From Caecitellus pseudoparvulus (Eukaryota > Protista > Bigyra: Bicosoecida): 64,000 bases of DNA. Positions 34,413 through 44,231 of the stretch are shown here, piece after piece (within the stretch, counting starts at the first letter, position 1; each line of letters starts with the position of its first letter). Position numbers and translations under genes: made by a program. The stretch is taken from the NCBI GenBank assembly GCA_965644315.1, contig CBFFRQ010000044.1, forward strand, positions 248,001 to 312,000. Direction: 5' to 3'. Under the pieces are notes generated by a model. It made no database searches. It was not told where the DNA came from and worked only from the letters and a program-made list of their open reading frames with translations.

Positions 34413-36680
34413 ATGGCTGTCTCCCTGAACCGCTTGTGCGGATCTGGCGGCCACTCGTCCACTGGCAAGGCTGGCTCAGGCTCGAGTGGCACCATCTCCC
34501 GCTGGGCCCTGAGAGCATGTCTTGTGGTGACCCTCGCGCTGCTGCTGTGGCAGGTGGCAAGCATGGCCCTGGGTGGCTCTCTCGGCACGAGGTCCCTCCT
34601 GCGACCCGAGTCTGGCAGCGCACCATCCTCGGCTTCAGGCGGCCTGGCTGCGTTGCCTGTGGGCCAGTCTCCGCCGACAGTTGAGACTCTGCCACAGCCC
34701 CCTGCCGACAGGCCCTCGGCCCCCAAAGTCGACAAACCTCCCACGAAGGCCCCTTCGCCGGCACAGTCACCAGGCCAGCCCGCTGGCACCCACGCCCCCA
34801 CCCCAGCCGGGCACGCTGTGCAGATCATGGTGCTCACGTACAATCGCCTGGAGGGGCTGAAGCGCTTGCTGGAGAGTCTGACACAAGCCGATTACACGGG
34901 CTTGCCGCCCCACCACCTTCGTCTGTGTGTGGACCGCCCTGAGGGGGGGGACCCCGACGCTGCCATCCTGGCCGCCATGGCAGACTTCACCTGGCAGCAC
35001 GGCACATTTGAAGTGGGTGTACAACGCCAACACCAGGGGCTGGCCAAGCAGTGGTTGACGTGCTGGGAGGGGGCCTCCCTGGAGCGGCAGGGGGGGGGCG
35101 GTGGCTCCCTGGATGACTCGGCTGCCACAGTGGGCATGGTGCTGGAGGACGACATGGTGGTGTCCCCCCACTGGGCACGGTGGATCCAGGGTGCTGCTGC
35201 CGCGTATGAGGACAGTGATGTCATCCGCTCCTTCACCCTGCAACGCCCTCAGCTGCGGGCCAGCGACGGCGGCAGCATTGCGGAGAACATCCCAGCAGGG
35301 GCCACAGTGGTGGGGTACCGCCTGCTGGGCTCCTGGGGCTTTGGCGTATTCCGCAACACGTGGCGGGACTTTGTGCAGTGGCAGCGCAGCGCTGCTGCCG
35401 CTGGCCAAGACCCCTCCGTCCCCGGCCTGGTGCTGACAGACTGGTGGCGCACCTTCAAGCGGCAGGGCAAGGACAAGAGCATGTGGACCATGTGGTTCGC
35501 CAAGTTCGCGCAGGACAAGAACTTGTTCACGCTGTACGGGGCGCTGGGCGGCGACCTGGGCTGGGCCGCCAATTGGCGCGACCCTGGTGAGCACTACCAT
35601 GGCAAGAGCCAGGGCCCTGACTCAGTTGTGGTGCCCTTCTGGCGAGCGGAGTATGGAGTGTTCCCAGCGGAGCCGGTTCTGCTTGACTGGAACGGGGCCT
35701 TGGCGCCAGGGTCAGCTCAAGTGCAGGAGGCAGAGACTGCTGCGCTGGCATCACTGTTAAAACTGGCCACGCCTGATTCGCCGGCTGGTTTTGCTGGCCT
35801 GGTCATCTTGAATGATGGCTTTGTGGAGATGACCCTGTCCTGGCTGTGCAACACAGCTGGCATGCCGGGGGTGCACGAGCGTACCATCATGGCGTGTACA
35901 GATTCGTCCTGCCTGCGTCGCATGCGCAGCAGCCCCTTGGCATCGCGTGTGGGGGGGCTCATGTCCATTGACCTGTTCAAGCGTGCCGAGCACATCCCTG
36001 GGGCAGACAAGCAGGCCTTGAAGGAGCAGCAGAAGGGCGCTCTGGAGTATGCCACTCCAACGTACGTATTGATGATGGTTGCGCGGCAGCGCCTGCTGGC
36101 TGACTTAGTGCAGCGTGACATCGCGTACTTGCTGTTCGAAACGGACGCGCTGTGGGCGGTGGACGCCTACACGTGGATTGACGACGCCCTAGCGTCAGGC
36201 ACAGTGGGGGACTACAAAGCCCTGCCCAACCTTCAGCCCTCCGAGCCCGCCTTTGACTTCATCGGGTATGTGGACGTGCAACCCGACAAGATTGGGGGGG
36301 GCTTCTTCCTCGCCACCAGCTCCCCGCGCTGCAAGGAGTTCTTCCAGGAGTGGAGCAGCAGCGTGGACGCCGACATGAAGCGTGTGGGCCTGCACGGGGC
36401 CAAGGCTTCGCAGGTCGTCTCCGACCAAGTCATGCTGCAGCGCGTCTTTGACAAACACAAGCCGGAAGGGCACGTGGCGTACTTCCCACCGGCGGCCTTT
36501 CCCTCTGGCGAGTGGTACAAGAAACACCCCGCCTCTGAGGGTGGATTCGCCGCTGCAAAGAAGGCTGGCCTAGTCGTCCTGCAGTTCAACTGGGTGTACG
36601 GCCTGAACACCAAGGTGGAGCGGGCCAAGCGCTACCAGCACTGGTTTCTGGACGGTGAGGGCAAGTGCATTTCGACGTGA
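34413..36680 (+). CDS. Type II membrane two-domain glycosyltransferase (GT2-like GT-A domain plus nucleotide-diphospho-sugar transferase/GT77-like domain)
   Basis: TM anchor and Pro-rich stem. Domain 1: VLTYNRLEGLKRLLESL and LEDD..VSP. Domain 2: LNDGFVEMTLSWLCN, ETDALW, GGGFF, SDQVML, FPSG and FNWVYG..KVERAK. Intronless. Confidence 0.8.
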   Translation: MAVSLNRLCGSGGHSSTGKAGSGSSGTISRWALRACLVVTLALLLWQVASMALGGSLGTRSLLRPESGSAPSSASGGLAALPVGQSPPTVETLPQPPADRPSAPKVDKPPTKAPSPAQSPGQPAGTHAPTPAGHAVQIMVLTYNRLEGLKRLLESLTQADYTGLPPHHLRLCVDRPEGGDPDAAILAAMADFTWQHGTFEVGVQRQHQGLAKQWLTCWEGASLERQGGGGGSLDDSAATVGMVLEDDMVVSPHWARWIQGAAAAYEDSDVIRSFTLQRPQLRASDGGSIAENIPAGATVVGYRLLGSWGFGVFRNTWRDFVQWQRSAAAAGQDPSVPGLVLTDWWRTFKRQGKDKSMWTMWFAKFAQDKNLFTLYGALGGDLGWAANWRDPGEHYHGKSQGPDSVVVPFWRAEYGVFPAEPVLLDWNGALAPGSAQVQEAETAALASLLKLATPDSPAGFAGLVILNDGFVEMTLSWLCNTAGMPGVHERTIMACTDSSCLRRMRSSPLASRVGGLMSIDLFKRAEHIPGADKQALKEQQKGALEYATPTYVLMMVARQRLLADLVQRDIAYLLFETDALWAVDAYTWIDDALASGTVGDYKALPNLQPSEPAFDFIGYVDVQPDKIGGGFFLATSSPRCKEFFQEWSSSVDADMKRVGLHGAKASQVVSDQVMLQRVFDKHKPEGHVAYFPPAAFPSGEWYKKHPASEGGFAAAKKAGLVVLQFNWVYGLNTKVERAKRYQHWFLDGEGKCIST

Positions 36681-36825
36681 CCGGCCGTGGCTTGGCTGGG
36701 CCTGTGCAGTGCGACAGCAGGGAGGTGGACTTTGTGGACCTTTACAACAGCACTCACTTGCTGCAATGCACGCAGAGTCAACATGCCGCCGGGCTGTGCG
36801 TGTGGTCGTGCAGCCCACGGTCCCT

Positions 36826-38238
36826 TCACGCCGCTTTGGCAAGATCCTCCGCCGACGGCTGGCACTCCGCGCTGGTGCCGCCCTTTTGCAGGCACTGGAA
36901 GATGGAGCCCCCAGAATCGTTCCACCAGCCATCCACCGCGATCATCCACCCTCCATCCGGCAGCGGCACGGCGTTGTACGTGTGCATGCCAGAGGACCGC
37001 CACTTGGGAGCACCCGGCCACGCGCGCACCGCCATTTTCGCCTCTCCGGTGTACTTGTACGACGTGCGGTTCAACTCCAGCGCCCGGGCAGTGACAGAAC
37101 TGCCAGTGTGGTGAAAGGCCCACAGCCCACCACCTTCCCTCGGCACCAGGCGGCCAGAGTGCCGAATTGCGGCCTTCCCGCTGCCTTCCAGCTCTTTGAA
37201 GGGGCCAGTGATGTCTGGCGCCCAAAAGCCGCGATCGCGCCCTGTGGCATCTTCAGAAAACAGCAAAAACCACCCACCTTCCGGGTCGGCATGCCACACG
37301 GGGTCAATTACGAAGCCATGCACCTGGGACGCCTCAAACAACTTCCTGTCGCGTTTCCACGGTCCCAACGGAGAAGGCGCCGTGTACAGCCAGACGGGAG
37401 AGGGCTTGGGGGCGTACCCAGTGGGGCACAGCGTCATGAACCATTTGCCTTTGTGGAACAGTACGAATGGGAAGCTGACATGGTAATCCTCTCGCAGAAC
37501 AATGCCGTGGTGGCGCCAGGTACGCCCGCCGTCCTCTGACACTGCCAAGCCCACCACACCCTCTTGCTCGTCCGAGTCCAGGACTTCTGAGTACATGTAC
37601 CAGACACCCTCGTGCTGGATGATGTATGGATCTGCCACAAAGATGGCTGGTGTGTCAAAGATGTCCCCTCCCGTGATGGCGGGGCTGCCAAGGTCCGACT
37701 CCTCCAGAAAGGGGCCCTTGCCGGGGGGCAGGCGCACGACTGCAGAGCTCCACAGCATGTTGATGTCACCCCTGCACGTGATGTCGGGGAAACCCGGGCA
37801 CCGCGGGTCATTCTTGTGCTCCCGGTGGCTTGAGAGAGGAGCTTGCCCGCCTCTCACTTCCACTCGCGGCGGCGGACTGGGGCTCGCTGATGGAACGGTA
37901 GATGGCTCTCCCCGCATGGCTGAGAAGCGAGAAAAGGAAATGTCATGTTTTTGTGCGGTACGTGGGGTGTGGGTAGGCGTGGGGGGCTCTACAGGGCCTG
38001 TGCGGTGAGCAAGGCGCTTGCGGAAATTGCTAGCATGCTCACCATCCACAGCAGGAACCAGCACGTCAGGTGCCGCTTGTGCAGCTGACAGCGCGCCACT
38101 GCGCCTTACGCCTTGCAAACGCTCATCTGCCCCCGAGCCGGTCCCCCACAGTGACGTTGGGGAGAAGATGATGGCCAGCAGTACGAGCGCGGTGGCCGCC
38201 ACCACAACCAGACGCAGAGCGCCGGAGAACGAGGTCAT
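36826..38238 (-). CDS. Type II membrane five-bladed beta-propeller glycoside hydrolase-like protein (GH43/GINT1 N-terminal-like)
   Basis: TM anchor, then FVADPYII...WYMYSE, GLAVSEDGGRTW, HVSFPFV, PLGPWK and IDP. Intronless. Confidence 0.7.
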   Translation of the reverse strand: MTSFSGALRLVVVAATALVLLAIIFSPTSLWGTGSGADERLQGVRRSGALSAAQAAPDVLVPAVDGEHASNFRKRLAHRTGPVEPPTPTHTPRTAQKHDISFSRFSAMRGEPSTVPSASPSPPPRVEVRGGQAPLSSHREHKNDPRCPGFPDITCRGDINMLWSSAVVRLPPGKGPFLEESDLGSPAITGGDIFDTPAIFVADPYIIQHEGVWYMYSEVLDSDEQEGVVGLAVSEDGGRTWRHHGIVLREDYHVSFPFVLFHKGKWFMTLCPTGYAPKPSPVWLYTAPSPLGPWKRDRKLFEASQVHGFVIDPVWHADPEGGWFLLFSEDATGRDRGFWAPDITGPFKELEGSGKAAIRHSGRLVPREGGGLWAFHHTGSSVTARALELNRTSYKYTGEAKMAVRAWPGAPKWRSSGMHTYNAVPLPDGGWMIAVDGWWNDSGGSIFQCLQKGGTSAECQPSAEDLAKAA

Positions 38239-38785
38239 TGCGCCTGCGTTCTGCAGCGAAGACAATCAGCTCCAAGGAAACGGGGGGGTCAAATCATTCG
38301 TGGGTTGCGCCCCGAGACACCATACCGCCCTTCCTCTGCGTGCACTTTGTCACTGCGACTGCACTACAAAAATTGAACTTGGCTTGCCCTGTCAGGCCAG
38401 ACAGTCGCCACAGCAACACGCCACGGAATGGTGGCACAAGGCGGCCCCCTGCCGCGAAAAACGCCCTCCTGCATGCCCAACTGTCAAGCATGGCCGTTTT
38501 GCATTGTGAAAGCCTGCTTTCTACGGGGTGTTGACGTACGGGGCACCAGGGCGTGCTCAATGGACACGCCGCACGTGCTTGTTTGCCACCCAACGGTTCT
38601 CAGCCAACCTTGCGGGCCTGGCACCTGAGCTCAAGAGGAACAAAATGCCACACACGCCCCGAACACACAAGTTTCGCGACACATACGTGCATGTGAAGTG
38701 CGTGAGCTGCGAGAGTGGCACAGGGCAAGCATTGCGATTTGTCACGTGGAATAGGAAGAGCCGCCACGCCAACGCCAAGCTCAGC

Positions 38786-39907
38786 ATGGCCGGACAGCGG
38801 CACCAGGACGGGAGCTGCCTGAGGAAGGGTGCCAACATCATCACACTGGCAGCTAGTTTTGCCTTGGGGGTAGCCTTGACCCTCGCCCTCACAGGGGGCT
38901 CCACTTCGCCCCAGGCTGTGGAGCGGACGCAAGGCACTGCAGCGTCGGCCACAGAGCGCAGTGGGGCCGGTGCCAGTGGCAGCCAGGCATTGAGACACCC
39001 GTCTCTGATTGATGCAGCACCTGTTGCACCCTCGCCAGTGGTCATTGTGCCCTCCCCTTCCGCTGCGCCAAGCCCATGCCCAAAGGTCGCGGAAGTTGCT
39101 CCTGCACCCCCCGCAAAGCCTGCGGGCCACAGGCGCATCATTGACGCAAAGCAGCTCCCACCCCCCAAGCCATACTCTTGCATGGGTGGAGACTCGCCTT
39201 GCGTCCGTGAAACCCAGCTTCGCCTCCAGGACGGCACTGCCGTGCCGTGCACGTTGCAATGGGTTGGCTCTGGCGCCTCAGCTGATCCAGAGTATGGCAA
39301 GTGGCCGGTGTGCATGCATGACATGCAGGGGAAGGCGGCGCTGTCCTTTGGCGTTGGCCGAGATGCTTCCTTCGACATGTCTTTGCTCGTGCACGCGAAG
39401 CTGGCAACGGTGCACGCTTTCGACCCAACCCTGGATGACTTGGCGCTGATCGAGGTTGAGCCGCACCCTGAGCCTGGCTTCCACATCCACCGGGTGGGCC
39501 TGGGGGTGGAAAAGGGCACGTCCACGTTCATGAAGCCCATCAAGGGCTATGCATCCTTTGCCAACAACAAGGGCATGGCAGGCCAGAACTACATCCGCAA
39601 GGATGCCCAGGGCAAGCCCATTTCTGTCGAGCTGCCTGTCGACACGGTGCATGGGCTGGCCAAGGAGTACGGCTTCGATTGGGTGGCCCTGGTGAAGGCT
39701 GATGTGGAGGGGGCCGAATTCGACTATTTTGCCCGCCCAGACCTCGTGGAGGCGTTGCCAACGTCCCAGGTGCTCATGGAGTTTCACGATCGACTGGTGC
39801 CCCAAGGCAGCGAGAAGCGAGCAAAAGTCATCAAGGTATTCGAAGATGCTGGCTGGCAGACAATTCTCAATGGCCCGGAACACGTGAACTTTGTGCGCAA
39901 GCCTTGA
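38786..39907 (+). CDS. Type II membrane FkbM/Methyltransf_21-22-like methyltransferase
   Basis: TM anchor, Pro-rich stem, LSFGVGRDASFD, VHAFDPT, LVKADVEGAE and QVLMEFH. Intronless. Confidence 0.8.
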   Translation: MAGQRHQDGSCLRKGANIITLAASFALGVALTLALTGGSTSPQAVERTQGTAASATERSGAGASGSQALRHPSLIDAAPVAPSPVVIVPSPSAAPSPCPKVAEVAPAPPAKPAGHRRIIDAKQLPPPKPYSCMGGDSPCVRETQLRLQDGTAVPCTLQWVGSGASADPEYGKWPVCMHDMQGKAALSFGVGRDASFDMSLLVHAKLATVHAFDPTLDDLALIEVEPHPEPGFHIHRVGLGVEKGTSTFMKPIKGYASFANNKGMAGQNYIRKDAQGKPISVELPVDTVHGLAKEYGFDWVALVKADVEGAEFDYFARPDLVEALPTSQVLMEFHDRLVPQGSEKRAKVIKVFEDAGWQTILNGPEHVNFVRKP

Positions 39908-40065
39908 AGGACCGCCAGCCCGTACCCATGAGTTGAGGTGCGGCACAGCGCGCACCTGTGCTCAATTCACAACCCCCCCCTGATCCGACGCCGAAGCAAA
40001 GCATCAACAGACAAGCCCTTACCCTTGCAGCTCTTCCTCCTTGACTTGCTCGCCTCTTGGTCAGC

Positions 40066-42882
40066 ATGTCAACCAGCGACGGCAGTGGAGCGAGAAACGC
40101 GCAGGCTCTGCCCGCTGCTGCGCAGGTAGCGGCTCGAAAGCGGGCCGCGACCAAGGCAGCCGGACAAGGAGGCAGCGCCCAGAGCCGGCTTGGTTCCAAG
40201 CATGGCGCTTATTCGTGGCGAGGGGCTGTGAGGCTGCTGCGCATGTACAGCCCAGCGCTGGGTGCGTGAAACGTGCGGCGGCAGGAAAGCCCTGCCCAAC
40301 ACGTGGGCCAAGCACAACGCCTGTCCTGCGCAGCTTTCTGGTTCACTGTCTTCCAGCTCATTGCGGCACCCTTCAAGTTTGACATTGGGTTCCCCCCCGC
40401 CGTTGTGGAGGTGTTTGCTGTGGTGGGCAGCGTCCTGTATGTGGAGGTGGGGCACCCCGAGTCACTGCCTCTCAGTGGCAGCCCCGCACCAGCACATCAG
40501 CACCCTTGCACGCCGCAGGTGCCACTTCCAAGTGCTGGATCATTCACTTTGCTGGGCCTCCTTGCCCTTCTCATTGTCGCCGACGTTGTGCTCCTCACGG
40601 TTCCAGCGCAGCACCTACACGTGGCACTTGGCGGAACTGCAGTGCTGTCCATGCACACCTTACTGGTAGTGAAGCAGACCTTCCTCTTCATTCCCATTTG
40701 CAAGTTCCTCATCAGTGCCTGGGCTTGCAAGCATGGGCACTCAGCCTTTGTCGAGGCGGCATGTGCTGGGCCCCAGCATGCGACTGCTGCATTTGCGGCC
40801 GCGGTGCTGTTGCTGGCAATGGTGGGCGTGGGGATCACGTACGCCCGCAGCCAGCACGACGACATCGCACAAGCAAGGCGAGGCCTCGTGCTGCCCCCCT
40901 CCAGCCAGAAGAATGTCGCCTTCGCTTTGGCAATGATGGCTCTGAAGGCAACCTTGGCGTTGGTGCTTGGCGTGCTTGGGGCTCTTCTTCCCACAACCGC
41001 CACTGTTGCCATCCTCCTCGTCCTTGCTGCTGCCGCAGCTGTCATCGTCAGCCTCACACAGCCTTTCTTTAGCTGCGCGTGGACAGCCATGGTCATTTCA
41101 GGCCTCGCCTGCGTCATGTACACTGACTTGGTGACGCTCATTTCCACCGGCTTCGGGCAGGAGTCGGACGCAGCGCCAGTGCTGGCCACCATCTGGCTCG
41201 CACTCATGTTCCCCATCGCCTGGCTGACGCGCGCATGGTATCATGACCGGCACAAGACAGCGCTGGAGGCGGAGGTGACCCACCAGCTCTGCCATCCCAA
41301 GCGGCAGCCGCCAGGTCCGGATCGGACCTCTGTGGCAGGGCCAGGCAACCTGAGAGTTGCAGACTTCAGCAGGCTGTGTCTGGGCCTCTCCCGCGCAGAG
41401 TGGGGCGCGTTTTACTCCTGCTTTGCCACGAACCATCCCGCAGAAGCTGCCGGCAAAGGGGTGTTTGCGGACTTCTCAGGGAATGGCCTGAACCCCGAGC
41501 AATCGCGCTTGTTGCTGGGGGCCGCCTCCACCAACTCGGCACTGCGCATTGCAGGCTTGTCGTTCAAGGGAAACAAGAGCATGCTGGCCCGGGCAGACCA
41601 GGCCAGAAGCCCGCTTGCTTGCCCGTCTGTCGTCCCCGCCACCAACCTGAGCAGCGATGGGCAGCCAGCGTTGAGCCTTGGAGGTCTCGACGCATTCCTG
41701 GTGCAGTACACGCCCCTGACCAAGCTGGACCTGTCCCACATCCCCCTGTCCCCGGGAACACTGGACACGCTCGTCACGGCCCTCGTGCACAGCCGCGTCG
41801 CGCAGCTGAGCCTGGCACACTGCGGCTTGACGCCCCTGCACGGCGCTGCCCTGGCCCGCCTGCTGTCTGACAGCACCACCCTCACACACCTGAACCTGAC
41901 AGGGAACGAAGACCTTGCCCCCGCGGGTGCAGAGCTCATGGCGCCTGGCATCGCCCACTGCACCGCTCGGGGCCAGCTGCAACATCTGGATGTGTCCTGG
42001 TGCGGCCTGCAGCTGCAAGGTGCAACAGCCGTCCTGAACGCCGTGAACCGCGATGGCTGTGCCGCGCTGCCCAAACCCTTGGCCCTGCACATGCACTGCA
42101 ACGACATCCCCTTCCAGACCTTTGCGCAGCTCAAGGGCCAGCTGAGCCAGCTGCTGTCGGCGGGCTTGCCTGCCTCCACCACCTTGGCCGAGCAGGCAGA
42201 AGCCAACGAAGCAGCGCTGGCTGAAGTGCTGGGTGGCAAGACGATTTACGAGGCCATTGGCGGTGCCCCCGCCGTGCACGCCGTGGTGGACACGTTCTAC
42301 ATCTTCCTCGTGTCACACCCCGCCACGGCGCCGTTCTTCAAGAACGTCGCCATGGGCCGCATGCGGCACCTGCAGGAAACCTTCATCTCCACCGTTCTGG
42401 GCGCTGGCGATGTGAAGTACTCTGGGAAGGACATGGCGGCGGGGCACGCACATCTGGGCATCACTGACGATGTATTTGACCAGACGGTGGCGCTGCTGGT
42501 GTCTGCCATCCTGCACCACCTGCCCGAGGCGCCCGTGCCCATCCTGCACAAACTCCTGGCTGTCGTGGAGACGCTGCGGGAGCCGGTGGTGGATGGGTCC
42601 ACTCGGGGAGAGGATGCTGCAGAGGAACCTGTTCCATCCAATCTGCTTCTTGAGCAAGGCCCGGCTGTTCTCGCGGGGCAGCCGGCAAAGTCTGCAAGTG
42701 GCTCGGAGGACTCGAGGGAAGATTTGGCCGAGGGAGCGCCGAAAGAGGGTCAGGCACAGGCCACTAAAGTCTCACGAGGTTCACACAGTTCTCTTGACGC
42801 CAAGGAACCCGAGACTGTCGTGGACGGGCGTCACTCGGCTGAAGCAGCCTCAGAGGAAGGCAGGGAGGCTGAAGCGCAGTGA
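40066..42882 (+). CDS. Multi-pass membrane protein fused to RNI-like LRRs and a group I truncated hemoglobin. Exons 40066-40261, 40334-42882
   Basis: About 8 hydrophobic segments. LRRs LTKLDLSH, LSLAHCGL, LTHLNLTGN and LQHLDVSWCGL. Globin TIYEAIGG...VVDTFY...PFF...QETFI...LGAG..YSGKDM..AHLGIT...FD. Confidence 0.82.
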
Positions 42883-43127
42883 TGGAGCAGGGCATGCCTG
42901 CTTCCCAATGCAAGCCATTGCCAACCCGTCATGTCATTTCGATCTACCTGCCCAGTCCAAGTTTGAGTGCACGTGGGGTAGTTTATCCCCAGGTGCGTCC
43001 CGGTGAGGACTGACATCCACAAGCACGCCTGGCACAGCGAGACCGTATACTCACTTTCACTCAGCCTCACACCCGCGCCTCATCGCCCGCGTCTCTCTGC
43101 CACCTGCCACCCCATACAGTATCAACC

Positions 43128-44187
43128 ATGGCTGCAGCTCTGTCCCTGGCTGCCGTCACGACGCAGGACCTGGTCGCTGAGCTCAAGCGCAGGAACGAAT
43201 GCCTGAAGAAGCCCCAGACCCACGCCATCCTCGTCGGCCCGCCCGGATGTGGCAAGGGCACGCAGGCCCCTCGCGTGGTGGACGAGTACTGCGTCTGCCA
43301 CTTGGCAACTGGTGACATGCTGCGTGCAGCTGTGTCTGCCGGTACGGACTTGGGCAAGAAGGCCAAGGCAGTACGTGGTGCGCGGCGTGCCTGCGGTTTT
43401 TGGGCGTGTTGCTGCGGGCTTGCTGAATCCCCGGCACAGCGCGCTGGCGCCTCATGCCTGGCAGCCAAACGTCAACTTTTCTGCATGATACACGTGTTTT
43501 CCTGTGCTTTATGCCCAAGGCGTTCTCCCCAGAGCAGCTGCCATGCTCAGCTGACGCAGGGCTTGATGGTGTCAGCTCGCAATACCCTGAGCCCCCCTTC
43601 ACACCCCTGCTTGCCGCTGCCTGCACAGGTGATGGAAGCAGGCGGCCTCGTGGACGACGACTTGGTCGTGGGCATCATCGCCGACAACATCAACCGCACC
43701 GACTGCTACCGCGGCTTCGTGCTGGATGGCTTCCCGCGCACAGTGGGCCAGGCTGAGAAGGTGCGTTGCCGTGGCACGAACGACGGCACTCTGCTAAGCC
43801 CCCTCGCACCCCCCCCGCCCCTGCCGCCCTCTGCAGCTGGACGCACTGCTGGCCAAGCAGGGCAAGGCCATCAACCACGTCGTGAAGATGTCCGTGGACG
43901 ACGAGGTGGTGGTGGAGCGCATCTCGGGGCGGTGGATCCACAAGCCCTCTGGGCGCAGCTACCACACCAAGTTCAACCCGCCCAAGGTGGCTGGCGTGGA
44001 CGACGTGACGGGGGAGGCCCTCATCCGCCGCAAGGACGACAACCCAGACACCATCCGCACCCGCCTCGCCGCCTTCCACAAGCAGACCGCCCCAGTTCTG
44101 GAGCACTACAAGAGCGTCGTCGCGTCTGTGGATGCGCAGCAGAAGATCGACACCGTCACGGCTGACATTTTCGCCGCCCTGCGATGA
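43128..44187 (+). CDS. ADK: Adenylate kinase (AK2-like). Exons 43128-43370, 43629-43760, 43837-44187
   Basis: GPPGCGKGTQ, HLATGDMLR, GFVLDGFPRT, LID RWIHKPSGRSYH and RRKDD. Confidence 0.95.
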
Positions 44188-44218
44188 GTCTGGTAGGCGG
44201 GCTCTGCACCTGCTGCGG

Positions 44219-44230
44219 GCAATGCATTGC
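44219..44230. terminator. GCAATGCATTGC palindrome, candidate bidirectional 3'-end signal (ADK / Rpn13)
   Basis: Lies in the 44-nt gap between convergent stop codons. An identical 12-mer occurs at 45933-45944, downstream of the GPI-protein gene. Confidence 0.45.
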
Positions 44231-44231
44231 G

